Assembly (NCBI GenBank): GCA_963751345.1 | Contig: CAVVUS010000027.1 | Span: 1-64,000, forward strand | Length of the DNA stretch: 64,000 nt | Origin: an uncultured Chloroflexia bacterium | GTDB lineage: Bacteria > Chloroflexota > Anaerolineae > B4-G1 > SLSP01 | Direction of reading: 5' to 3' | In this document: in pieces, positions 1 through 10,150 of the stretch | How the letters are laid out: the number at the start of each line of letters is the position of its first letter | Numbering within the stretch: the first letter of the stretch is position 1 | The notes under the pieces: generated by a model | The model's database searches: none | Seen by the model: only the letters and a program-made list of their open reading frames with translations | What the model was told of the DNA's origin: nothing | Program-made: the position numbers and the translations under genes

Positions 1-23
1 GCCCTGAGCGTAGCGTAGGGTTC
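1..23 (+). repeat. Hairpin repeat family A (GCCCTGAGCGNAGCGTAGGGTTC), copy 1
   Basis: Near-identical copies at 582-604 and 2221-2243; degenerate copies at 1376-1420, 2371-2390 and 15737-15759. Confidence 0.85.
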
Positions 24-80
24 CAACGCGCCCCCCTCCCCCCGGGTGTGCGTCAGTTTTCCGCATCGCCTGGCACAATC

Positions 81-252
81 GTTGTAGAGACGCGCCGGTG
101 GCGCGTCTTCCGGCGTGCAGGCGCCGTCGAACGAGGGCACGCCCCCGTCGTGAACGCCCTCTGCCCACCGCTGATGCAGAAGCTTGCCGTTGACAGGCGT
201 TCCCCGTCCCGAGACGCCCACAACGCGTTCCGACGCGCGGCGTCTCTACAAC
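81..252. repeat. GTAG-type REP/REPIN- or MITE-like element
   Basis: 13-bp terminal inverted repeats GTTGTAGAGACGC (81-93) and GCGTCTCTACAAC (240-252); internal palindrome AGACGCGCC-ggt-GGCGCGTCT; related element at 56024-56116. Confidence 0.7.
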
Positions 253-307
253 CGCAGTGAGAGCCGATTGTGCGGAAATGTAACGCTCCCTCCTCCCCCC
301 TGGAGCC

Positions 308-351
308 TTGATTGCTCTGCGATTCCGCTGTAAAATAGAATATAGGTTCTA
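308..351 (+). promoter_or_regulatory. Sigma70-type promoter with overlapping LexA (SOS)-like box
   Basis: TTGATT(308-313)-17 nt-TAAAAT(331-336); TAGAAT-ATAG-GTTCTA at 336-351, one mismatch from GAAC-N4-GTTC. Confidence 0.6.
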
Positions 352-369
352 CATCGGGAGATATGCAAT

Positions 370-588
370 ATGAGCACAGGCATAGTCCGGCCGAAAGCGC
401 TTTGCCGGCAGTACCACTCAGCGCCCACAGCGTGCGCTCTCGTCTCGGGCGTCTCTGCGGCGGCGAAACTGTCGCCACGCCCTGATTACGAAACGAACCC
501 ATTTTCACACACTTCTCCCCATGGGCCCCTTTTGCGAAACGAACCCATTTTGCGCCACGACGCCCCAAGCGCCGACAGCCCGCCCTGA
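370..588 (+). CDS. Small hypothetical protein or gene remnant
   Basis: GGGAG RBS at 356-360 and promoter upstream; no recognisable family. Confidence 0.3.
   Translation: MSTGIVRPKALCRQYHSAPTACALVSGVSAAAKLSPRPDYETNPFSHTSPHGPLLRNEPILRHDAPSADSPP
489..551 (+). repeat. 17-bp direct repeat CGAAACGAACCCATTTT x2
   Basis: Perfect copies at 489-505 and 535-551. Confidence 0.85.
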
Positions 589-604
589 GCGAAGCGTAGG
601 GTTC
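575..604 (+). repeat. Repeat family A, copy 2 (30 nt identical to 2214-2243)
   Basis: ACAGCCCGCCCTGAGCGAAGCGTAGGGTTC. Confidence 0.9.
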
Positions 605-678
605 AGACGCTCCCCCCCCACTTCTGCTATAATGAGGGTGCCGTCCTGCTGAGCGCCAAGCAGAACAAAGAGGTGACT

Positions 679-990
679 ATGTCAACGACAACCACACAGG
701 ATGCCGATGTCGAGTCGATACTCGAACAGGTAGCCCACGAGTTGGACATCTCCGAGGAAGAGGCCTTGCGCGAGAGCCTGCGTACGCTCCTCAACCGGCA
801 CCTGCGTGAGGTGCAGTCCGAGATCTTCGAGATCGCCGGCAGATATGGTGTGTCTTCCGTGGAAGACATGGAAGAGCATTACCGCCGGGGTACGCTGGAG
901 GAAGCGGATTCTTGGCGCGACCTCCAACGTCTGGACCACTTGGAGTATCGACAGGATCGACTGCAACAGCTCCTCAATCTACTGCCATGA
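679..990 (+). CDS. Putative antitoxin (small acidic protein)
   Basis: Extended -10 TGCTATAAT near 625-633; RBS GAGGTG; ATGA overlap with the downstream toxin-like gene. Confidence 0.6.
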   Translation: MSTTTTQDADVESILEQVAHELDISEEEALRESLRTLLNRHLREVQSEIFEIAGRYGVSSVEDMEEHYRRGTLEEADSWRDLQRLDHLEYRQDRLQQLLNLLP

Positions 991-1373
991 GTCTGGTAGA
1001 CATAGAGCGGCTTTGCACTATCGCCGAGGTCGAGTATGCGGACATCGTGGTCGAAGCCGTGATCCCAGGTCTCAACACATTGCGCGTCATCTTGAGAGAC
1101 GGCAGCTTCGTAGACGTCTGGTACTCTCTGAAGCTTGCCGATCGCTACGGCTATCACTGGGAGCGGCGTGCGGTCGATGGGACCATCTACCGTCACGACA
1201 ATGCTCCGCATCAACGCTGGCACTCGGTGCCAACGGCCCCAAAACACTTTCACGATGGGTGCGAGACCCACGTAACAGAAAGCCACATCAGCGTCGTCCC
1301 CGAAACGGCGCTGCGTGAGTTTTTGGATCTCGTGCAAGCAAAGCTGGAAGAGGTCGATCAGCCTGACAACTAA
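987..1373 (+). CDS. DUF6516/TumE-like putative toxin
   Basis: Motif YGYHW...IYRHDNAPH...PKHFH; translationally coupled to the upstream small gene. Confidence 0.65.
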   Translation: MSLVDIERLCTIAEVEYADIVVEAVIPGLNTLRVILRDGSFVDVWYSLKLADRYGYHWERRAVDGTIYRHDNAPHQRWHSVPTAPKHFHDGCETHVTESHISVVPETALREFLDLVQAKLEEVDQPDN

Positions 1374-1375
1374 GG

Positions 1376-1420
1376 GCAGCGTAGGGTTCCAGCACTCCTC
1401 CCTGAGCGCAGCGTAAGGTG
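1376..1420 (+). repeat. Two degenerate copies of repeat family A between the TA pairs
   Basis: GCAGCGTAGGGTTCC (1376-1390) and CCCTGAGCGCAGCGTAAGGTG (1400-1420). Confidence 0.7.
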
Positions 1421-1479
1421 CTAACGCACCAACGCTTCCGAGGTATAATGGATTATGTGTCAGCCTGAGGGTGAAAACC

Positions 1480-1809
1480 ATGAGCGAAATCATCATAGAC
1501 GAAAGCACGCGAGAGTTGCTCGAAGAGCCATTGCTGGACGGGCAAGACGCGGATGCGAAGATCCGGGCCTTGCTCAAGGCTGAGTACCTGCGCCGTCTGG
1601 CCCAGTATCACCGGCAGGATCGTAATCTGTCCCGGAAGTATGGGATGGATTTCGAGAGCTTCGTCGCCCAGAGGGTCGTCGCCCGTCAAGGATACACCTG
1701 GGAAGTAGAGGAGGATGCCATGGACTGGGAAACGGCTATCGGTGGCATCTCCACGATGGAGAAGAAGCTGGGTCAGCTCCAGGATGTGGCCGCTGACCAC
1801 CCGGATTGA
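1480..1809 (+). CDS. Putative antitoxin, second pair
   Basis: TATAAT at 1444-1449; KYGMDFESF...DAMDWE resembles RYGVSSVED...DLQRLD of the first antitoxin. Confidence 0.55.
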   Translation: MSEIIIDESTRELLEEPLLDGQDADAKIRALLKAEYLRRLAQYHRQDRNLSRKYGMDFESFVAQRVVARQGYTWEVEEDAMDWETAIGGISTMEKKLGQLQDVAADHPD

Positions 1810-2149
1810 GCTCCAACTCGAAGCTCAGGAAGCGCTGGACCACGTCTGGTTTGTCCAGCGTCTGGAAGAGCGCGATAGCACAGAGCTCACAATCTCCTTG
1901 CGTCTGCAGCTACGAACAGATCTGTTTGTACAGGCCTTCCTGGGAGAGCGATCCGGTTCCCTCTATTTCGCATTGATCGAGGGCGGCCGGCGGGTCTTTG
2001 GGATGGACTTGGAAGCAGGTGAATGGCACCTCCATCCTTATGATGCACCCGATCAACACGTAGGCCTGCCCGAAGATCCGGGGCCCAAGCCTCTTCTGAA
2101 GTTCCTCGCATATGTAGAAGACTTGCTTCTGGAACACGATCTTCTCTAG
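1784..2149 (+). CDS. Putative toxin, distant DUF6516-like, second pair
   Basis: Overlaps the upstream small gene; His-rich GEWHLHP...H motif; start codon uncertain. Confidence 0.45.
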   Translation: MWPLTTRIELQLEAQEALDHVWFVQRLEERDSTELTISLRLQLRTDLFVQAFLGERSGSLYFALIEGGRRVFGMDLEAGEWHLHPYDAPDQHVGLPEDPGPKPLLKFLAYVEDLLLEHDLL

Positions 2150-2213
2150 TCGCCTGCTCTTCCCGGCATGTTAGTCCCTCTGTTTGTGCATCGGCTATCC
2201 TCGGAACGTTCCA

Positions 2214-2243
2214 ACAGCCCGCCCTGAGCGAAGCGTAGGGTTC
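2214..2243 (+). repeat. Repeat family A, copy closing the TA block
   Basis: Identical to 575-604. Confidence 0.9.
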
Positions 2244-2342
2244 TAACGGTCCCCTCTCAAACGCCCTTGCACCCCACTGGCACACCACAACCCTTGCGCC
2301 CCCTGCCCCTCCGAGTACAATAGAGACGTGACAAGGACGAGA

Positions 2343-2441
2343 GCGTTTGAACGTGTAAACGCTCGAAAGCGCTCTGAGCGAAGCGTGAGTCCGTACGTTC
2401 CATACGTTCAACGTTCCACGTCACCCGTTCCAACGTGTAAC
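2343..2441. repeat. Degenerate ~8-nt-period AACGT(T) tandem array with an embedded family A copy
   Basis: gcgtttga acgtgtaa acgctcga ... tacgttcca tacgttca acgttcc ... acgtgtaa. Confidence 0.7.
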
Positions 2442-2458
2442 CGCGCTACCGCCGGAGG

Positions 2459-4389
2459 GTGCCCGATGACCGACCAACCTCAACAGCGATTCGGCAGTGG
2501 GTGCTGGGCCTGCGCAACCGCTATCTCCTCTTCGCGGATCTGCTCACGCTGCCCCTGGCGGCGTACCTCGCCTTCGTGCTGCGGTTGGGGATGTTCGACG
2601 TGGGGCAGTACGCGTCCGCGGCGCTGCTCTATGCCCTGCTCGCCCCCGCGCTCAAGATCCCGATACTGCTGCTGCTGGGCGGCTACAGCCGCTATTGGCC
2701 CTTCGCCAGCCTGCCCGAACTCCAGGTGATCGCGGCGGCGGCGGCGGCGGGCGAGATGGCCTGCGCGGCGGCGGCGATGCTCTTGGAGCGCGCCCTGGGC
2801 CTGACGCCGATGCCCCGCTCCATCCCCTTTATCGCGGTCTTTCTCACGGCGACGGCCCTGGCGCTGCCGCGGATCGGGATGCGGCTGCTCAATGCGCGCG
2901 TCACCCGGCACACAGGGAAGGCGCAGCCCACCCGCCGGGTGTTGATCGTGGGCGCCGGCGAGAGCGGTCACCTCGTCCTGCGCGAGATCCGGCGCAACCC
3001 GCAGATGGGGCTCGACGTGGTGGGCTTTGTCGACGACGACCCGACCAAGCAGCGCCTCTACATCCAGGGCGTCCGGGTCCTGGGGCACGTCGACGAGATC
3101 CCGCAGATGGTGAAGCAGTATCGCGTGCAGCGGGTGCTCATCGCCATCCCCACCGCCACCGGCGACGAGATGCGCCATATCGTCGACGTCTGCCAACAGG
3201 CCGGGGTCGAGGCGCTGACGCTGCCGGGGGTCTTCGAGCTGATCTCGGGCCACGTCGAGGTGCAGCGCTTCCGCCCCGTCCAGGTCGAGGACCTGCTGGC
3301 CCGCGACCCCGTCCGCACCGATACCTCGCAGGTCGAGGCGCTGCTCGCCGGCAAGACCGTGCTGGTCACCGGCGCCGGCGGCTCCATCGGCTCCGAGCTC
3401 TGCCGCCAGATCGCGGCTTCCGGCCCGGCGCGCCTCGTGCTCGTGGGCCACGGCGAGAACTCGATCTACCACATCCACCGGGAGCTGGGCGCGCCTACCC
3501 CGCGCTGGACATGGTGCCGGTGATCGCCGACACCCGCGACACCGCGCGCATCGACGCGCTCTTCGCCCGCCACCGGCCCGACGTCGTGGTCCACGCCGCG
3601 GCCCACAAGCACGTGCCGCTGATGGAGTGGAACCCCGAGGAGGCGGTGACGAACAACGTGGGCGGCACGAGGAACATCGTGCAAACGTGTGAACGTTACA
3701 ACGTGCAAACGTTCGTCATGATCTCCACCGACAAAGCGGTGAATCCCACGTCGACCATGGGCGCGACCAAGCGGATTGCGGAGCTGATCGTGCAGGAGGC
3801 GCAGGCGGACGCGCGACCGAGCGGCGGGCGACGACGCTTCGTGGCCGTGCGCTTCGGGAACGTGCTGGGCAGCCGGGGCAGCGTGGTGCCGCTCTTCCAG
3901 AGCCAGATCGAGGCCGGGGGGCCGGTGACGGTCACCCACCCCGAGATGACGCGCTACTTCATGACGATCCCCGAGGCGGTGCAGCTGGTGCTGCAGGCCG
4001 CGGCGCATCGGGCGCGGCGGCGAGGTCTTCGTGCTCGACATGGGCGAGCCGGTGAAGATCGTGGACCTGGCGCGCGACATGATCCGCCTGGCGGGGCTCA
4101 CGCGAGGGCGAGGACGTCAAGATCGAGTTCACAGGGCTGCGGCCGGGCGAGAAGCTCTACGAGGAGCTCTACCTGGACGAGGAGCACCACGCGCGGACGG
4201 TGCACGAGAAGATCTTCGCCTCGCTCAACGGCCACATGCCCGAAAGCGTCGAGGCGAGAAGGCCTGGATGCCGCGGTCGACCGCCTGCTGGACGCCGCCC
4301 GCGCCCACGACACCGCCGCGCTCTACGACTGCATCCGGGCGCTCGTCCCGGAGTGCGCGGAGACGCTGGGGGCGTGCGGGAAGCGTTAG
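2459..4389 (+). CDS. CapD/PglF-like membrane-anchored UDP-sugar 4,6-dehydratase (several apparent indels)
   Basis: N-terminal TM helices, [81 protein letters not shown] spread across frames. Confidence 0.92.
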
Positions 4390-4557
4390 ACCCGCCTGCA
4401 ACTAACGCCTTAAGGCCGGGCTTGACTCGGCATCGTAGGCAGAGACTTGCCCCGACGTGCTGTAGGTCGGGGTTGATCGTGTAACGATGCATTGGTCTTG
4501 ACAACTTTAGTTTAACAGATCGGTCCCGCTCTCATCTCAGAAGGAAGTAACACCCCT

Positions 4558-6319
4558 ATGGAACTTCGCCAATACGTGATGGTCGTCTGGAAGCGGTGGT
4601 GGCTGGTCGTGCTCACCACGGCGCTGGCGGGGATCGCCGCTGCCGTGGTGAGCTTCACGACGACGCCGACGTACCGCGCGACGGTGCGGCTGGAGGTGGA
4701 CCAAGGTAGCGACCCGGCCCAGGATGCCTTCACCGCGGCGCGCAGCAACGAGGCCGCTGCCGGCACCTACGTCGTGCAGGTCGAGTCCCCCACCGTGATG
4801 GAAGCGGTCGTGGCCCGGCTGCAGCTCAACGTGGACGCCAAGGAGGTGCAAAACTACGTGTCGGCAAGCCAGGTCGCGGGGACGAGCATGATCGACATCA
4901 ATGCCGAGCACACGAATCCGGCGCTGGCCAAGGCGCTGGCCGAGACGACGGCCCAGGTCTTCATCGAGCAGAAGGAGGCGCAACAGCAGGCGCGCTACGC
5001 GGCCTCGCTTACCGACCTCGAGACGCAGGTCGACGCGCTGGAGGCGGAGATCATGCAGACGCGTGGCCAGATGGCGACGCTGGGTGACGAGGCGGACCTC
5101 GGTCCCACCGGCCGGGTGGAACTGGCCCGCCTGCAGACCCAGCTCTCCAACGACCAGACGCGCTTGAGCGTGATGCTGCAGTCGACCGAGCAGTTCCGGC
5201 TGGCGATGGCGCGCTACGGCGACTATATCTCGGTCTTCAGCCCGGCCGAGCTGCCCACCGACCCGGTCTCGCCACAGCCGCTGCGCAACATCGCGCTCGC
5301 GCGTGGTGGTGGGCGGGATGATCGGGGTGGGCACCGCCTTCCTTCTCGACTACCTCGACGACACGGTGCACACGCCTGAGGACGCGCGAGAGGCGCTGGG
5401 CGTGAACGTGCTGGGGTCGGTGCCGGACGTGGGCGAGGACAAGGCCATCGGATGGCTCGCGCAAGCACAGCCGCTCTCGCCCGCCGCAGAGGCCTTCCGC
5501 AACCTGCGCACCAGCCTGCAATATCTCAGCCTCGACGCGCCCATCACCACGCTGGCGGTCACCAGCACCCAGCCCGACGAGGGCAAGAGCTTTATCATCA
5601 GCAACCTGGCAACAACGTTTGCGTTGGCGGGCAATAAGGTGCTGTTGCTGGAGTGCGACCTGCGACGCGCTTCCCTCCACCGCCTCTTCGACGTAGACCG
5701 CACCCCGGGCGTGACCGAGACGCTCAAGGCGCTCAGCGAGACCCAGGTCGGGGCGGCCGACGCGGAGATCGAGGCGGCAATGCAGTATGTGAAGCCGACG
5801 GAGGTCGAGGGACTTTACCTGCTGACCGGCGGGGCGCACGTCGGCACGCCGGCCGAGCTGCTCAGCTCGCAGACCTTCCGGCGGCTGATCGAGGTGCTCG
5901 CGAGGGAGTTCGACCTGCTCGTGCTCGACGCGCCGCCGGTGCTGGCGGTGGCCGACGCCGCGATCCTGGCCGCCCAGGTCGACGCGATGGTAATGGTCAC
6001 GGTCTCGGGACAGACCCGACTGCCGTCGGCGGCGCGGGCCATCGAGCGAATCCGGAGCGTGGGCGGCAACCTGCTGGGGCTGGTGATCAACCGGCTCACG
6101 GCGCGCAGCGGCGGCTACTACTACACCTATTATCAATACGACCACCGCTATACGTACGGCGGCGAGGATCACCACAACGGCAACGGCCGGGTTCCCAAAG
6201 CCCGCGAAAATCGATGCCCCCACAGGAGTTCACCATGCGTAAGTCGTTCGTCCTGTTCCGGCGGCATGCAGAGCCGCCGCAACATCCGTCCCTCCATCCA
6301 TCCTGACATGCCGTCCTGA
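4558..6319 (+). CDS. Wzc-like polysaccharide co-polymerase / tyrosine autokinase, copy 1 (indel near 5300; true stop uncertain)
   Basis: MELRQY..WKRWW start, PVSPQPLRN, EAFRNLRT, Walker A PDEGKS, DLRR, DAPP, C-terminal Tyr cluster GGYYYTYYQY. Confidence 0.88.
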
Positions 6320-7336
6320 GCCGCCCTTCTCCTGCTCCTGGCAGGCTGCGGCAACGAGCCGGGAGGCGGTGCCTACCTTCGTACCGCCGACGGCCGGCAC
6401 GACGTCGGGGGCCGCGAGCTTTATCTCGCGCCCCACCTACGTCGTCACCCGCGACACGCTCACCGAGCAGATCGTGGCGCGCGGCGAACTGGGGCGGCGC
6501 AGCAGGAGACGCTGCTCTTCCCGATGGGTGGCGTCATCAAGGCCGTCTACGTAGAGCCGGGGGCGCAGGTGCAGGCGGGCACGGTGCTGGCCGAGCTCAA
6601 CGCGCTGAGCGTCGAGGAGACGCTGCTGCAGCGGACGTCGAGCCTGGCGATCGCGAAGCTGGAGCTGGCGCGCGTCGAGGCGCGTGTGCCGAACACGGCG
6701 ACGCTCGTGCTTACCTCGACGCTGGGCATCGACCTGGCCGAGGCGCGGGAGCGGGTGAGCGTGGCTGAGGCGCTCCAGGCCAACGCCCAGGCGCAGTATG
6801 ACGCCACGGTGCTCAAGGCACCCTTCGACGGCACGGTGGTCAGCTTCAACAAACAGCAGGGCGGCTCGGTGGGCGCCTATGAGACGGTGGGCGTGCTCGC
6901 CGACCTCAGCAAGGTCGAGGTGCAGGCGATGCTGCCCAACACGGATCGCGACCGCGTGAGCGAGGGGATGGCGGCCGAGATCCGGCTCGACGGCTACGCC
7001 GGGACGACGTTCAGCGGCGTCGTGGCCGGGCTGGCCCAAGATGCGGTCGTCTCGCAGGGGGCGCTGATGTTCCCGATGACGATCACGCTCGACGAGGGGC
7101 AGACGCTCCCGCCCGTCGTCCAGGTCGGGGCTGACGTCACGATCGTGGGCGAGGTCCACGCGGACGTGCCGTGGGTGCCCTCCAACGCGCTGGTGATGGT
7201 GGGCGACCAGGCGTACGTCGACGTGCTGCGCTCAAACCGGATCGAGCGCGTCCCCGTGACGCTGGGCATCACCGACAACCAACGCGTCGAGATCACGGGC
7301 GGCCTGCAGGCGGGCGAGACGATCGTGTTTCCGTAA
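6235..7336 (+). CDS. RND/ABC efflux membrane-fusion (adaptor) lipoprotein (indels)
   Basis: AGGAG RBS; LLLLAGC lipobox; lipoyl-like GGVIKAVYVEPGAQVQAG; LKAPFDGTV; ends VEITGGLQAGETIVFP. Confidence 0.75.
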
Positions 7337-7536
7337 GTGAAGCGCGTCAGAACAGCCGGTTTCCCCATCTTCTCGGTGCTCTCCACCGTCACATTGACCG
7401 CGGTGGAGAGCACGCTATACTGACGCGCCTACAGACCTTCTGAGGCGAGGCGGGCGAAGCTGGAGCACTCCGGTTCGGCGCCCTCACAAGGTGGCATCCA
7501 TCGACTCTCGTCGCAACAATAGGGTTGGGGTAATCC

Positions 7537-10150
7537 ATGGAACTACGTCAGTATGCTATGATCCTCTGGAAACGATGGTGGCTCATCCTGCTTGCCACGG
7601 TCGTCGCAGGCGGGGCGGCGGCCGCGTATAGTCTCACGGCGACGCCCATCTACCGCTCGACGGTCACGCTGGAGGTGCGCCAGGAGGGCAATCCGGCCCA
7701 GCAGGCCTATATCGACGCCTACAACCAGAATGCGCTGGCCGGGGCCTATGCGGTGCAGGTGACCGCGCCCACGGTGGCCGAAGAGGTGGCGACGCGGCTG
7801 CAGGTACCCGTTGAGGTCGTGCGGGGCGCCGTCTCGGGCGAGCAGGTGGCCGACTCGGGCATGGTCCAGATCAGTGCCCGAAACACCGATCCGGCGTTGG
7901 CGCAGGCGCTCGCAGCCACGACCGCCGAGGTCTTTATGGCGCAGGCGACGACCCAGCAGCAGACGCGTTACCAGGCGTCGGTCGACGAGCTGGACGTCCA
8001 GATCGCCCAACTGGAGGACGAGCTTTCGACCGCGCGCAGCACCGTGGCGAGCTACGGCGACCCCGAGGGGCTCACGTCCACCGCGCGGGCCGAGCTGGCG
8101 CGGCTGAATACGCAGATCTCCAACGACCAGACGCGGATGACCGTGCTCCTGCAGAGCACCGAGTCGTTCCGGCTGGCGATGGCCCGGTACGGCGACCAGA
8201 TCACGATCTTCAGCCCGGCCCAGCTCCCCAGGGCGCCGGTGTCGCCGCGGCCGCTGCGCAATACCGCGCTGGCGATCGTAGTCGGTGGGATGATCGGCGT
8301 AGGCATGGCATTCCTGCTCGACTACCTCGACGACACGGTCCACACGCCCGAAGAGGCCCGCGAGGCGCTGGGCGTCAATGTGCTGGGCGCGATCCCCGAC
8401 ATCGAGGGAGAGAATGCGGTCGGTTGGCTGGCGGAGGCCCTGCCGCTCTCTCCAACGGCGGAAGCCTTCCGCGACCTCAGGACGAGCCTGCAATACGCCA
8501 GCCTCGATACGCCGCTTCGCACACTGTTGATCACGAGTACCGATGCCGGCGAGGGCAAGACCTTCGTCTCGTCCAACGTGGCCACGGTGATGGCGCTCAG
8601 CGGCAAGCGAGTCCTGCTGCTGGAGGCCGACCTGCGGCGACCACGGCTGCACAGATTGTGGGAGGAGGAGCGCAGCCCGGGCCTGACCGAGGCGCTGAAG
8701 GCCGTCAGCGAGGCCAGATCCGCCGGTCCGGACGCGACGTGTGACTTCCATAGCTGCATCAGGTCCACGCGGATTTCGGGGCTGTCGTTGCTGCCGGCAG
8801 GCACAGAGATTTCCACCCCGGCGGAGCTGCTGAACTCGCAGACGTTCCGCTCCATGCTCGACGAGCTGTCGGACGGCTTCGATCTGATCATCGTCGACTC
8901 ACCACCCGTATTGGCCGTTACCGACGCGGCGGTGTTGACCAGCTTCGTGGACGGGGTAATGCTGGTGGCGGCCTCGGGTTCGACGCGGCTGCCCACCTTG
9001 GCGAGAACGATCGACAGAATCGGGAGCGTGGGGGGCAACCTTCTCGGCTTGGTGGTGAACCGACTGACCGCGCAGAGCGGTGGCTACGGCTATTACTACT
9101 ACCACTACGCTCGCTCCTACGCCTATGGAGACGAGAACGAGAGCAGCGGCCGGTTCGGCGGCCGCGTGATGCGGCAGCTTCGTGCCGTGTTCCGTCCGGG
9201 GACGCCAAAGTTCGAGCGCACGAGCGCATCAGAAGCTTCCGAAGCCGCCTTGTCGCCGGTCCTGAGGGAGGTCGCGCGCAAGACCCACGTGGTGACCGAG
9301 GGTACGCTAACCGAGGAGATCAGTGTTCGAGGAGAGCTTGTGGCGGCCCAGCGGACCTCGCTGACCTTTGGCGCAGGCGGCATCCTGAAATCGATTCACG
9401 TCGCGCCCGGCCAACACGTCGAGGCAGGCGAGCTCGTGGCGGAGCTGTACGCGCCCGAGTTGGAGACGGAGATGCTCCGGCGGAAGGCCGAAGTGAGGAT
9501 TGCGACGCTCGAACTGGCAAAGGCCGAAGGAAGCATCGTCGCCGGGAGCGATCGAGTTGGCCATCGCCCAGGAGCGGCTGCGGCTGGCAGAGGACCTTCT
9601 CTCCAACGTCGAGGCGCGGGCACGATCCACGACGCTGAACGCCCCATTTGCGGGGACGGTGGTCGCGTTGGGCAAACAACCGGGCGACCGCGTGGAGCCG
9701 TACGAGGCCATCGGCGTTATCGCGGACCTCGACGAGCTCCGCGTGCGGGCTGCGCTGCCTGCGGAGGCGCAGGGCCACATCAACGTTGGCGATTCGGCGA
9801 GCATCCGGGTCAACGGGACTGTCGAGACCCCGCTCAATGGCGAGGTGATCTCGCTGAAGGAGGGGGCGCCGCGGCCGGAACTCATATTGGCGGTATCTGC
9901 GGATGCGGCAGTGCCGGCACTGGCCCACGTGAGCCATCCCCGTTACCCTCACCTTTTCCGGTGACGTTCGCGACAGCGTCCCGTGGACGCCCTCGACCGC
10001 GCTCATCAAACGAGAACGGTCAATCTTATCTCGACGTCCAGAACGACGGCAAGGTCGACCGCATCGAAGTCGAAGACCGGCATCACGGACGGCCAAAGGA
10101 CGGAGATCGTGAGCGGCGTCAGGGTCGGGGACACGATTGTGTTCCCGTGA
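7537..10150 (+). CDS. Wzc-like tyrosine autokinase copy 2, reading in frame into a membrane-fusion-protein domain (indels after ~9540)
   Basis: Paralog of 4558-6319 (GEGKT, DLRRP, DSPP, GGYGYYYYHY), then GGILKSIHVAPGQHVEAGE and LNAPFAGTV; ends IVFP-TGA at 10150. Confidence 0.8.

Noticed and set aside
1-2243. CRISPR array
   Set aside because: Repeat spacing is 580-820 nt and contains whole genes; no cas genes are present.
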